Source of the DNA: a bacterium
GTDB taxonomy: Bacteria; UBA8248; JACPRG01; G963555815
Length of the DNA stretch: 64,000 nucleotides
Assembly: GCA_965218795.1 (NCBI GenBank)
Contig: OZ244653.1
Location: 1,856,001-1,920,000 of the forward strand
Direction of reading: 5' to 3'
Position numbers and translations under genes: made by a program. Each line of letters opens with the position of its first letter. Positions within the stretch are counted from its first letter, which is position 1. The notes under the pieces were generated by a model. It was not told the origin of the DNA. It was given only the letters and a program-made list of their open reading frames with translations, and did no database searches. Of the stretch, positions 46,033 to 55,713 are shown piece by piece.

Positions 46033-48352
46033 CTGGATCTTCGCCCACCGGCGGTTCGTGCTCGCGGCTTTTCTGCTGGCGAGCCTGGCGCTGGGCCTGT
46101 CGGCCACCCGGCTCGGGGTCGATACCAGCTTCGGGAAGCACCTGCCCCGGCGCCACCCCTTCATGCAGATCTTCAGGAAACATCAAGCCGAGTTCGGCGG
46201 AGCCAATCGCCTTCTGATCGCGGTTCGGGCGCGTTCGGGCGACATCTTCACCACCTCCTTCATGGAGACGCTCAAGGCCGCGACCGACGCCGTGTTCTTC
46301 CTGCCCGGCGTGAACAGGGCCTCGGTCCGCTCGCTGTTCACGCCCAACGTCCGCTTCCTCGAGATCGTGGAGGGCGGGCTGGCCGGCGGAAACGTCGTGC
46401 CGGCCGATTACCGGGGCAGCGCCGCGGACCTGACCCGGGTCCGCGCCAACGTGCTCAAGGCCGGGATTGTGGGCAGACTCGTGGCCAACGACCTGTCAGC
46501 CGCGATGGTGAGCGCGGAGCTGGTCGAGATCGATCCGCGGACGGGGAAACGGCTGGACTATCTCGAGGTCGCCCGCCTGCTGGAAGACAGGCTGCGCGAG
46601 CCCTTCACCAACGAGTCGGTGGAGATCCACATCATCGGCTTTGCGAAGGCGATCGGCGACGTGGCCGACGGCGCGACGGACGTGCTCCTGTTTTTCGCCG
46701 TTGCCTTCCTGCTGTCGGCGCTGCTGGTTTACGTCTTCATCCATTCGGTCCGGTACACGGTCCTGCTGCTGTCGTGTTCGGCGCTGGCCGTGGTCTGGAC
46801 GCTGGGGCTGCTGGCGCTGCTCGGTTTCGGCATCGACCCCATGTCGATCCTGGCGCCCTTTCTCGTGTTCGCGATCGGCGTCTCCCACGGGTTGCAGGTC
46901 GTGAACGCTTCCGGGGCCGCGATTCGGGATGGTGAAAAGAAGGAGGAGGCGGCGCGCGGCGCCTTCCGCCAACTCGCCACGCCGGGGGCGGCGGCGCTGG
47001 CGAGCGACTGCGTCGGCTTTCTCATGATCCTGCTCATCGACGTGCAGATCATCCAGGACCTGGCGGTGACCATGAGCCTGGGCGTGGCCGCGATCCTCTT
47101 CACCAATCTCGTGTTGTTGCCGGTGCTGATGTCCTACGCGCCCCCGGCCGCGAATTACCGGCGGCGCATCCGGGCGGCGGCCGAGGCAAGGCGGCCCCTC
47201 TGGCGCCGGCTCTCGCGGCTGGCGTCCGGGCGGGCGGCCGCGGCGATGCTCCTCCTGGCGCTCATCGTCGCGGGCGGCGGCCTGTTCGTCGCCCGCGGCC
47301 ACGTGATCGGCGACGTCCACGCAGGCGTGCCGGAGCTGCGCCCGGATTCCCGCTACAACCGCGACAGCGCCGTCATCACGGAGCGCTTCGCGATCGGCGT
47401 CGACTTGCTGACGGTGATCGTGGAGACGAAGGCGAACGCCTGCGTCGACTTCGCGTTCCTGGACCGGGTGGACGATTTCGCCTTTCGGATGAGCCAGGTG
47501 CCCGGTGTGCGGTCCACGATCTCGCTGCCGCAGGTCTCGCGCAGGCTCAACGCCAGCTTCAACGAAGGGCACCCCAAATGGCGAACCCTGCCGCGCAATA
47601 CGAAGACGCTGGTCCAGTCGGTCGCCCCGATCCAGACCGGCACGGGTCTGCTGAACGCCGACTGCTCGGTGATGCCGGTGATCATCTTCACCGACGACCA
47701 CCGCGCCGAGACCATCGACCGGGTGGTCGCCGCGGTCAGGGCCTACGCGGCCCGTCACGAGAGCGGGGGGCTTCGCTTCGGGCTGGCCGCCGGCAATCTC
47801 GGCGTCATGGCGGCGACCAACGCGCTCGTCCGCGACACCCAAGTCGACATGCTGGTCTGGGTTTATTGCGCCGTGATCGCGTTGTGTCTGCTGGCCTTCC
47901 GGTCATTCCGGGGCACGCTCTGCGTGGTGCTGCCGCTGGCGCTGGTCTCCGTGCTGGCGTTCGCGCTGATGGCGCTTCTGCAGATCGGGCTGAAGGTCTC
48001 GACGCTGCCGGTGGCCGCGCTCGGCGTCGGTATCGGGGTCGACTACGGCATTTACATCTTCAACCGCATGAAGCGGGCGCTGGATGACGGCGCGGAGACG
48101 GTCGAGGCGTTCCGGCAGGCCATGGCGACGACCGGCAACGCGGTGCTGGTGACCGGACTGACGCTGGCCTTGGGCGTTTCGACCTGGATATTCTCCGACC
48201 TGCAGTTCCAAGCCGACATGGGAATCCTGCTGACCTTCATGTTCCTCGCCAACCTGGCCGGCGCGGTGCTGCTGCTGCCGGCGCTCGCCCGCCTGTTTTT
48301 TGGCGCCAGGGTCCAAGACCGGGCCGCTCCGGCGGACGGACCCCGACCCTGA
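46016..48352 (+). CDS. RND/MMPL family transporter
   Basis: Two membrane halves with PFLVFAIGVSHG and LGVGIGVDYGIY; last gene of the DUF1302 operon. Confidence 0.92.
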   Translation: MNRFGDWIFAHRRFVLAAFLLASLALGLSATRLGVDTSFGKHLPRRHPFMQIFRKHQAEFGGANRLLIAVRARSGDIFTTSFMETLKAATDAVFFLPGVNRASVRSLFTPNVRFLEIVEGGLAGGNVVPADYRGSAADLTRVRANVLKAGIVGRLVANDLSAAMVSAELVEIDPRTGKRLDYLEVARLLEDRLREPFTNESVEIHIIGFAKAIGDVADGATDVLLFFAVAFLLSALLVYVFIHSVRYTVLLLSCSALAVVWTLGLLALLGFGIDPMSILAPFLVFAIGVSHGLQVVNASGAAIRDGEKKEEAARGAFRQLATPGAAALASDCVGFLMILLIDVQIIQDLAVTMSLGVAAILFTNLVLLPVLMSYAPPAANYRRRIRAAAEARRPLWRRLSRLASGRAAAAMLLLALIVAGGGLFVARGHVIGDVHAGVPELRPDSRYNRDSAVITERFAIGVDLLTVIVETKANACVDFAFLDRVDDFAFRMSQVPGVRSTISLPQVSRRLNASFNEGHPKWRTLPRNTKTLVQSVAPIQTGTGLLNADCSVMPVIIFTDDHRAETIDRVVAAVRAYAARHESGGLRFGLAAGNLGVMAATNALVRDTQVDMLVWVYCAVIALCLLAFRSFRGTLCVVLPLALVSVLAFALMALLQIGLKVSTLPVAALGVGIGVDYGIYIFNRMKRALDDGAETVEAFRQAMATTGNAVLVTGLTLALGVSTWIFSDLQFQADMGILLTFMFLANLAGAVLLLPALARLFFGARVQDRAAPADGPRP

Positions 48353-48745
48353 CGGATGGAGCGGATCGAAGACAATAACAATAAATCGTCATGAGGGCGG
48401 TCCTGCCTCGCGGCTTCTGCGGGCAGGCGCGATTCACTCCGGTCTGGAGCGGGGCGTCATCCGTGCGGAGGCGGTCGAGGAGTTGGGAGCGCTACGAGCC
48501 CGCCCGAGTGGACCCCTGCCAAAAACCTCCAGGTGTGACACCCGATTCCCTCCCCGCCAGCGACCCGATAAACACCGATGCACCGCCCTTGCAAGAGGCT
48601 TGCACGGGCGATTACCCTCCCCCATTTTCTTTCGTCCTGGACCCCTACCAAGTGATCGTCGGGGCAGGCTCTCGGTCATTCCCGCCCACGATAGAAACCT
48701 TCGGGGGCATGCTTGAGCCTTCCCGTGCGCCTGTCTGGCCGGCAG

Positions 48746-49310
48746 GCGGGAATGACGAGCCGGGGGCGAATCCTCGAAGGCTCTTGTTGGAGGCCATGGC
48801 GCATGGGTTCCCGTCCTTGTCCGGCAACAAGGCCCCTCCGCCGCGTCAAGCCGAACGACCTTCTCTCCCCCCACCGGAAAATCTGCAGGCTACGCCCTTG
48901 ATTTGCCGACTCCCCTCAAGGGGGGGAAGATTGATGGACGAGGAGACCATAACTGGATTCCCGCTTTCGCGGGAATGAAGGGCCGGGGGCGAGTCCCCGA
49001 AGGCCTCTGTTGGAGGCCATGGCGCATGGGTTCTCGTCCCTGTCCGGCAACAAGGCCCCTCCGCCGCGTCAAGCCGAACGGCCTTCTCTCCCCCCACCGG
49101 AAAATCTGCAGGCTACGCCCTTGATTTGCCGACTCCCCCTCAAGGGGGGAGTGATTCGAGGACCAGGGGCGGGCGTCACGTGACGCAGCCGGCGCAATCG
49201 CAGGCAGGACACCTTATGGGAGATGACGGTTTGGTTTGGAGGCTTGGACAGGCATGGGGCCGTATCCTGCAAAGGCGGAAAACAGGACGAAAAAAGGCAT
49301 CAGCATGGAT
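48746..49310 (+). repeat. Composite palindromic intergenic repeat: two tandem ~220-bp units plus tail
   Basis: Unit GCGGGAATGA...GAGGCCATGGCGCATGG...CCACCGGAAAATC...GACTCCCC(C)TCAAGGGGGGA occurs twice; includes ATTCCCGCTTTCGCGGGAAT hairpin. Confidence 0.88.
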
Positions 49311-49354
49311 ATGGAGGAGAGTGATCACTAGATTTTCCGGGAGATATTCAAGGA

Positions 49355-49653
49355 CCACCAGGCGGAAGGGCTGACGGATGAAGACATGTTCGATGTGACC
49401 CAGATCGTCGGCTAGTTCAATTACACCAACCGGAGGGCCAACCCCCGGGGCGAGCCTCAGCATGCAGGACGGAGAAGGCCGATGGGCGACGTTCGAGGGC
49501 CGCGGACGGGTCATGGAGGATCGCCCTGCGGTGGAAGAGGCGGTCCGGCGCCACCGCCGGCGCTATGGCGGCAACACCTCGGTCTCCCCGGATTTTGTCG
49601 CCATCGAGATTCAGATCGAACGGGTCATCGGCGAGTGGTGGCTGACCCGGTGA
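49355..49653 (+). pseudogene. Joined fragments: AhpD/CMD-like C-terminus and PPOX/pyridoxamine-phosphate-oxidase-like C-terminus
   Basis: GLTDEDMFDVTQIVG*FNYTNR abuts NPGASLSMQDGEGRWATFEGRGRV...VAIEIQIERVIG. Confidence 0.5.
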
Positions 49654-49870
49654 AACACACGCCCAGGTTGAGATTCCAGTGCAGCGGAGCGAAACTCATT
49701 GAGCATGGCCCGGAATCGCCCATGAAAGGTCCTTGCAAGGGCGTTGCAAGGGGCGTGCATGGACCGCGCCTGATGCGCGGGCGGCGGCCAAACAGGATGA
49801 AAAACGGCGTCAGCATCGATCAGGAGGCAGATTTTCCCGGCAAGCTGACTTGACCCTCGGAAGGAATTCC

Positions 49871-50746
49871 ATGCCGCCTCTCAGCGTCTGGATCGCGATC
49901 TCGGCCGCTCTGCTCCACGCGGTAGCCAATACGACCGTGCGGTCCGGCCTGCGAACCGCCTCGCCCATCACGGCGTCCCTGATACTGGTCTGGATCCAGT
50001 GGATCGTTTTCGGCCTCCTGTTGGTCCCGGCGGGGGGATTCGGCCGCATAGACGCGGTGGGGCTGCTTCTGTTCTGCGCGGCGGGTCTCACGTCACCCCT
50101 GCTGTTCATGATCTTCTTTTTCATCGGGATCCAACGGATCGGCGCGGCGCGGGCCACCACCATCAAGTCGGCGGCCCCGATCTACACGGTCATCTTCGCG
50201 GTGGCCTTCCTGGGAGAGCGGCCCACCGCGCTTCGATACCTGGGGATTGCGGCGGTCATGGCCGGCGTGCTGAGCCTGGTCTGGGAAACCGCGGACAAAA
50301 AGGGCCATGCGGGAAGGAGAAGCGACTACGTCTTCCCCCTGCTGGCGGGCGCGTGCGCGGGGGTTTCGGCCGTTCTCTACAAAGCGGGCCTGACCCGCAT
50401 GGACACACCCCTGCTCAGCGTCTGGATCGGAGCGACAGAGGCGGTCCTGCTCTTTCCGCTACTCGTCCGGGTGTTCCCCAAGGCGGACCGATACCGGATC
50501 GGCAGTCGGCGGGCCTGGCTGTGGCTCGCACTGGGCGGGCTGGCCTCATCCGGGGCCATCTACTGCCAGATCCTGTCCATCAAGCTGGGCGAGGTCTCGA
50601 CGGTCTTCACCCTGGCCCAGACCTCGCCTTTGTTCGTGGTGCTGATCTCGGCGTTGTTCCTCCGGGATCTCGAGCGGGTGACGCCGAGGGTGGTTCTGGG
50701 GGCGGCGCTGACAGTGGGGGGCGGTATCATGCTCAGCGCCTTTTGA
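49871..50746 (+). CDS. DMT/EamA family transporter
   Basis: About ten hydrophobic segments; APIYTVIFAVAFLGERP and SPLFVVLISALFLRDLERV repeats. Confidence 0.9.
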   Translation: MPPLSVWIAISAALLHAVANTTVRSGLRTASPITASLILVWIQWIVFGLLLVPAGGFGRIDAVGLLLFCAAGLTSPLLFMIFFFIGIQRIGAARATTIKSAAPIYTVIFAVAFLGERPTALRYLGIAAVMAGVLSLVWETADKKGHAGRRSDYVFPLLAGACAGVSAVLYKAGLTRMDTPLLSVWIGATEAVLLFPLLVRVFPKADRYRIGSRRAWLWLALGGLASSGAIYCQILSIKLGEVSTVFTLAQTSPLFVVLISALFLRDLERVTPRVVLGAALTVGGGIMLSAF

Positions 50747-50821
50747 CCGGACGCGGCCCATCGCGCTCACCGCAATAAAGCCTCTTCATTCTTCACCCAT
50801 CATCCCCCACCCCCAAAGCGC

Positions 50822-51230
50822 TCACGAACATTGTCTGGACAGAGCAAGATTCATCGCCTTCGCAATGATACCCCCAACCTTCTCCGCTGCCTCGACGAGG
50901 TGCCTGTCGGCAAGATGGGCGTAGCCCGCCGTGGTCCGGTGCCGCCGGTGCCCGAGCAACTTGCCGACCAGCGGCAGATTCTCGCCGGACATAACCGCGT
51001 GACTAGCGGCGGTGTGTCGCAGGTCATGCAACCGCACCCTGCCGAGCTTCGCATCCGCGCAGACCGTCCGCCAACAAGCGACAAAGCTGTCATGACACCT
51101 ACCGTTGGCATATTTCGAAAACACGAAGCCATCCGGAACCCGATCTCCGGGCAGCGTCTCGATCAGCGCCCTGGCGGCCTCGCCGAGCGGCACGGCGCGC
51201 GGGCCGGTCTTGGAGTCGGGCAGGTTGATG
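50822..51230 (-). pseudogene. Tyrosine integrase, C-terminal fragment
   Basis: INLPDSKTGPRAVPLGEAA...HDLRH...LGHRRHRTTAGY; close paralog of 30343-31536. Confidence 0.88.
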
Positions 51231-51239
51231 GTTCGCGCG

Positions 51240-51502
51240 CCGGGGCTGGGTACGTGAACGGCGGGGCCCTGGGGCGTCCGGCCAACGACGGGCGAACCTG
51301 CGTCTGGTATGCTACGCTATCCACGGACGCGGACCGGCTGGAAGTGGAGCATGTTCCGGTCCGCTACGATCACGAGGCGCTGGCTCGCGAAATGGCGAGA
51401 GAGGGCATCTGTGAGGAGTTCGTCACGACGATTCGCACCGGGTGGTGGACCACCTGCCTGGAGATCCTGCCGGGCAAGGAACGGGCTCGCGGGCGCTACT
51501 GA
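51240..51502 (+). pseudogene. Metallophosphoesterase-like C-terminal fragment
   Basis: VNGGALGRPANDG...YATL...VRYDHEALA...GWWTTCLEILP; 5' part replaced by the integrase fragment. Confidence 0.6.
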
Positions 51503-51550
51503 GGGTCCGTGGTCCCGGCTTTCCTCCGGTGCGCCAACCGGGAGGCGCCG

Positions 51551-53377
51551 TTGAGTGCTCACATCGCCTATCTGGACGGACCGCGCCTGCGCCGGTCTCT
51601 GGTCGCCGCCTGCGAGTACACCCGCCAGCAGCGGCAGGAACTGAACCGCATCAACGTCTTTCCGGTGCCCGACGGCGACACCGGCACCAACCTGGCCCTC
51701 ACCGTGGAGGCCATCGCGGACCGCCTGCGGCGCAACCGCGACCGGGCAGTTTCCGCCGTCGCGGACGATGCAGCCGAAGCGGCGCTGCTGGGTGCGCGCG
51801 GCAACAGCGGGATGATGCTGTCGCACTTCCTGCTGGGCTTCGCGGCCCACCTGAAGGGACGCAAGCGCGTGGGCCCGCGCGGGTTCGCCGGGGCGCTGGG
51901 CGGGGGCATCGACAACCTCTACAACGCGCTCGACAACCCGGTCGAGGGCACCATTCTGACCGTCATCCGGGACACCGTGAACGCCGCGAAGGAGAGCTCC
52001 GCCACGGACTTCGTCCCCTGCGTCGACCGGCTGGTGGACGCCGCGCGCGAGTCGCTCGAGCGCACGCCCTCGCTGCTCCCGGTGCTCAAGGCGGCGAGGG
52101 TGGTGGACGCCGGCGGCCGCGGTTTCGTGCACATGCTGGAGGGCGTGCTCCTGCTCATCAACGGGGACCCGATCGTCGCCTCCGGAGACGAGACGGATTA
52201 CGCGCAGGTCCCGGCGACCGTCGCCGAGGTCGAGTATCCCGAGGATGAGGAGCAGTACCGCTACTGCACCGAGGCGCTGGTGCGCGGCGAGGGGCTGCCG
52301 GCGTCCGCAATCGTGCGCGAGGAACTGCGCCGCCACGGCGATTCCATAATCGTGGTCAGCTCCGACACCCTGCTCAAGGTGCACGTGCACACGGACGGTC
52401 CTGATGGAGTCTTCTCCTACCTGCGCACGCTGGGCAGGCTCGCCACGAAGAAAGCCGAGGACATGCGCGCCCAGCACGCGGCGGCGCGCCACGGCGGGGG
52501 CGGCCACCAGACCCTGGTGCGGCGTCCCTTCGCGATCGTGACCGACAGCGGCAACGATCTCCCCGAAGACATCATCCGCGCCCACGGCATCCACGTGGTC
52601 CCGGTCGTGCTAGTGGACGGAGGCCGCCCCCTGCGCGACGGCATCGACATCACCGCGGAGGACTTCCACGAGAAGATGCGCGACGCCAGCGGAGAACTGC
52701 CCACCACCTCGCAGCCTCCGCCGCAGGCCTTCGTGGACGGCTTCGCGCGGGCCGCCGAGGACGGCGACCAGATCCTGGGCGTCGTGCTGGGAAGCGGCGT
52801 GTCCGGCACCTTCGGTTCTGCGGAAGCGGCGGTGCGGACCTTCGACAAGGTGCCGGTGCACCTCTTCGACTCCCGCGGAGTGTCGATTCTCGAGGGGCTG
52901 CTCGTGCTGAAGGCGGCGGAACTGGCGGAGAGCGGGACGAGCGCCGGCGAGATCCTGGCCGAACTCTCCCGCGTGCGCGACCAGTCCGGCATTTTCGCCA
53001 CCGTGGACACCTTCGACCGCCTGCTGCACTCGGGGAGGGTGGGGAAGGGCCAGGCCTGGTTCGGGGGCATGCTGGGGGTGAAGCCCATCCTGTCGCTGAC
53101 CGAGGAGGGGAAGGTCGGTCCGGTCGGCAAGGTGATCGGCCGCAAAAAGGTGCTTCCGGCGGTTCTCGGTCTTCTGGAGGACCGCATCCCGGCCGGTGCG
53201 AAGAAACTCCGCTTCGGCGTGGTGCACGTCGGGTGCCCGGAGATCGTCGAGCAGGTCTCGGCCGCCCTGCACGCGCGCTACGGCGACGTGGACATCCTCG
53301 GCGGCCCCACGGCCCCGATCTTCGCCACCCACCTGGGGCTGGGCGCCTGGTGCCTGGCCTACATGGTCGAGGACTAG
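51551..53377 (+). CDS. DAK2-DegV fusion (fatty acid kinase FakA/FakB-like)
   Basis: LNRINVFPVPDGDTGTNL, GARGNSG, PVEGTILTV, VDAGG, KVHVHT; then IVTDS, TTSQP, SGTF..A, SGRVG; GGAGG before TTG 51551. Confidence 0.9.
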   Translation: MSAHIAYLDGPRLRRSLVAACEYTRQQRQELNRINVFPVPDGDTGTNLALTVEAIADRLRRNRDRAVSAVADDAAEAALLGARGNSGMMLSHFLLGFAAHLKGRKRVGPRGFAGALGGGIDNLYNALDNPVEGTILTVIRDTVNAAKESSATDFVPCVDRLVDAARESLERTPSLLPVLKAARVVDAGGRGFVHMLEGVLLLINGDPIVASGDETDYAQVPATVAEVEYPEDEEQYRYCTEALVRGEGLPASAIVREELRRHGDSIIVVSSDTLLKVHVHTDGPDGVFSYLRTLGRLATKKAEDMRAQHAAARHGGGGHQTLVRRPFAIVTDSGNDLPEDIIRAHGIHVVPVVLVDGGRPLRDGIDITAEDFHEKMRDASGELPTTSQPPPQAFVDGFARAAEDGDQILGVVLGSGVSGTFGSAEAAVRTFDKVPVHLFDSRGVSILEGLLVLKAAELAESGTSAGEILAELSRVRDQSGIFATVDTFDRLLHSGRVGKGQAWFGGMLGVKPILSLTEEGKVGPVGKVIGRKKVLPAVLGLLEDRIPAGAKKLRFGVVHVGCPEIVEQVSAALHARYGDVDILGGPTAPIFATHLGLGAWCLAYMVED

Positions 53378-53568
53378 GGACTAGCTCAGCTCGGCGAGGG
53401 GGCAGCGCACATGGGCCGCCAAGCGGGCGAGGCACGTCTCCTAGGACGCGGGGCTGGTCACCACGAAGAGCAGATCAACTGCCATGCCGCCATTCTCCAA
53501 ACGTCACCGCGCGGAACCACGCCCACCACGGGACAGCCAGGAACACCCACCCACCACCACCAGACCAC

Positions 53569-54979
53569 TGGAGTTGACCTGTTTCAGTGGACACCTTCAG
53601 ACTGTGCGGAGGAGGTGTTCCGATGGCGAAAACTCATTCACCCTACGCGCCGGAGTACCGGCGCCAGATGGTCGAGCTGGTTCGCTCGGGCCGTACGCCC
53701 GGGGAGCTGGCCCGGGAGTTCGAGTGTTCCGCTTCGGCGATTCGCAACTGGGTGCGTCAGGCCGACCGGGACGAAGGCCGTCGTGAGGATGGTCTGACAA
53801 GCGCCGAGCTTGAGGAGCTGCGACGGCTTCGTCGAGAGGTTCGTCAGCTTCGCGAAGAACGCGAGATACTGGCAAAAGCTACGGCTTGGTTCGCTCGGGA
53901 GACCGGCTCGGTCCGGGCGAAGTCCTCGAGCTCGTGAAGGCGAATCAGGCCCATCATCGGGTGGCCACGATGTGCCGGGTGCTGGGCGTCTCCCCCAGCG
54001 GGTACTACGCGTGGCGAGGCCGTGGGCGTTCTCCTCGTGCGAAGCGCGACGAGGTGTTGGGGGGCACGATACGGGCCATCCACGAGGCATCTGGTGGCAC
54101 CTACGGGGCGCCTCGGGTCCATGCCGAGCTGATGGCCGGCGGCTGCCGGGTGAGCCGCAAACGGGTGGCTCGTCTGATGCGCGAGGCAGGGTTGGCCGGG
54201 GTGAGCCGACGCCGAGGTATGCGCACTACGCGCGTGGACCAGAGCCATTGTGTGGTCCCGGACCGGGTCGAACGCCAGTTCCAGGCCGATGGGCCGGATC
54301 GGCTTTGGGTGGCCGACGTGACCTACGTGCCGACCTGGACGGGGTTCGTGTACCTGGCCATCGTGCTCGACGTGTTCAGCCGCCGGGCGGTGGGCTGGTC
54401 CATGACCCACCATCTTCGCACCGAACTGGTGCTCGGGGCGCTGAACATGGCGTTGGGACAGCGCCGCCCCGACGGGGTCGTGCATCACTCCGACAGGGGA
54501 TCGCAGTACACTTCGCTCGCCTTCGGCAAGCGGTGCCGCCAGATGGGGGTGGTTCCCTCGACCGGGTCGGCCGGGGATTGCTTCGACAACGCCATGGCCG
54601 AGAGCTTCTTTGCCACGCTGGAGTGCGAGCTCATCGACCGGCGCTCGTTCCGTACCCAGGCCGAAGCGCGCATGGCGATCTTCCAATTCATCGAAGGCTG
54701 GTACAACCCACGCCGTCGTCATTCGGCCCTGGGTTACCTCAGCCCCAACGACTTCGAACGCGCCGCGGCGAAGGAAACGCCACGTGCAGTGCGCAACGCT
54801 CATCGTCCGGCTCGAGCCGTCCCCGGCGCTTCCCAGAGCGGCGAGCCAAAGGTCAAGACATACCCCCCGGGGGCACCCTATCTATCGGATAGGGAGAAGA
54901 CTTTACGTCCACCGGCTGTCGCCCACCTCAGGGCTGGGGACGACAGCCATAAACTGTCCACTGAAACGGGGTAAATCCA
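53569..54979 (+). mobile_element. IS3-family insertion sequence, apparently complete
   Basis: IRs TGGAGTTGACCTGTTTCAGTGGACA / TGTCCACTGAAACGGGGTAAATCCA; orfA 53623-53937; orfB with WVADVTY, HSDRGSQY, DNAMAESFF; no exact target duplication seen. Confidence 0.92.
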
Positions 54980-55058
54980 ACACCACCCCCGCCCTCGACA
55001 AACGCTCGGCTGGATGAAACCATGTGAGGTCTTCGCCAAGACCGTTGCGTCGACCGCT

Positions 55059-55713
55059 TGAGACCGCCCCCGTTTTTGTGGACACCTTCAGACTGTGCGG
55101 AGGAGGTGTTCAGATGGCGAGAACTCATTCACCCTACGCGCCGGAATACCGGCGCCAGATGGTTGAGTTGGTTCGCTCGGGAGACCGGCTCGGTCCGGGC
55201 GAAGTCCTCGAGCTCGTGAAGGCGAATCAGGCCCATCATCGGGTGGCCACGATGTGCCGGGTGCTGGGCGTCTCCCCCAGCGGATACTACGCGTGGCGAA
55301 GCCGTGGGCGCTCTCTTCGTGCCAAGCGCGACGAGGCGTTGCGGGACACGATACGGACCCTCCACGAAGCCTCCCGGGGCACGTACGGGGCGCCTCGGAT
55401 GCATGCCGAGTTGACGGCCAACGGGCGTCGGGTGAGCCGCAAACGGGTAGCTCGTCTGATGCGCGAGGCGAGCTTGGCCGGGGTGAGCCGACGCCGAGGC
55501 ACGCGCACTACGCGCGTGGACCAGAGCCATTGTGTGGTCCCGGACCGGGTCGAACGCCAGTTCCAGGCCGATGCGCCGGATCGGCTTTGGGTGGCCGACG
55601 TGACCTACGTGCCGACCTGGGCGGGGTTCGTGTACCTGGCGGTCGTGCTCGACGTGTTCAGCCGCCGGGTGGTGGGATGGTCCATGACCCACCATCTTCG
55701 CACCGAACTGGTG
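55059..55713 (+). mobile_element. Second related IS3 copy, internally deleted and truncated by IS21
   Basis: Parallels the first copy but lacks the segment between the two TGGTTCGCTCGGG repeats; stops at the IS21 left end. Confidence 0.88.

Noticed and set aside
41804-48381. Long antisense and alternate-frame ORFs over the transport operon, and similar ones across the window
   Set aside because: Shadow ORFs expected in high-GC coding DNA; no motifs.
48746-49155. Tandem repeat as a CRISPR array
   Set aside because: Units are about 220 bp, only two in tandem, with no short repeat-unique spacer pattern and no cas genes.
53378-53420. GGGACTAGCTCAGCTCGG resembling a tRNA 5' end
   Set aside because: No anticodon arm, T-loop (GTTC) or acceptor-stem complement follows.
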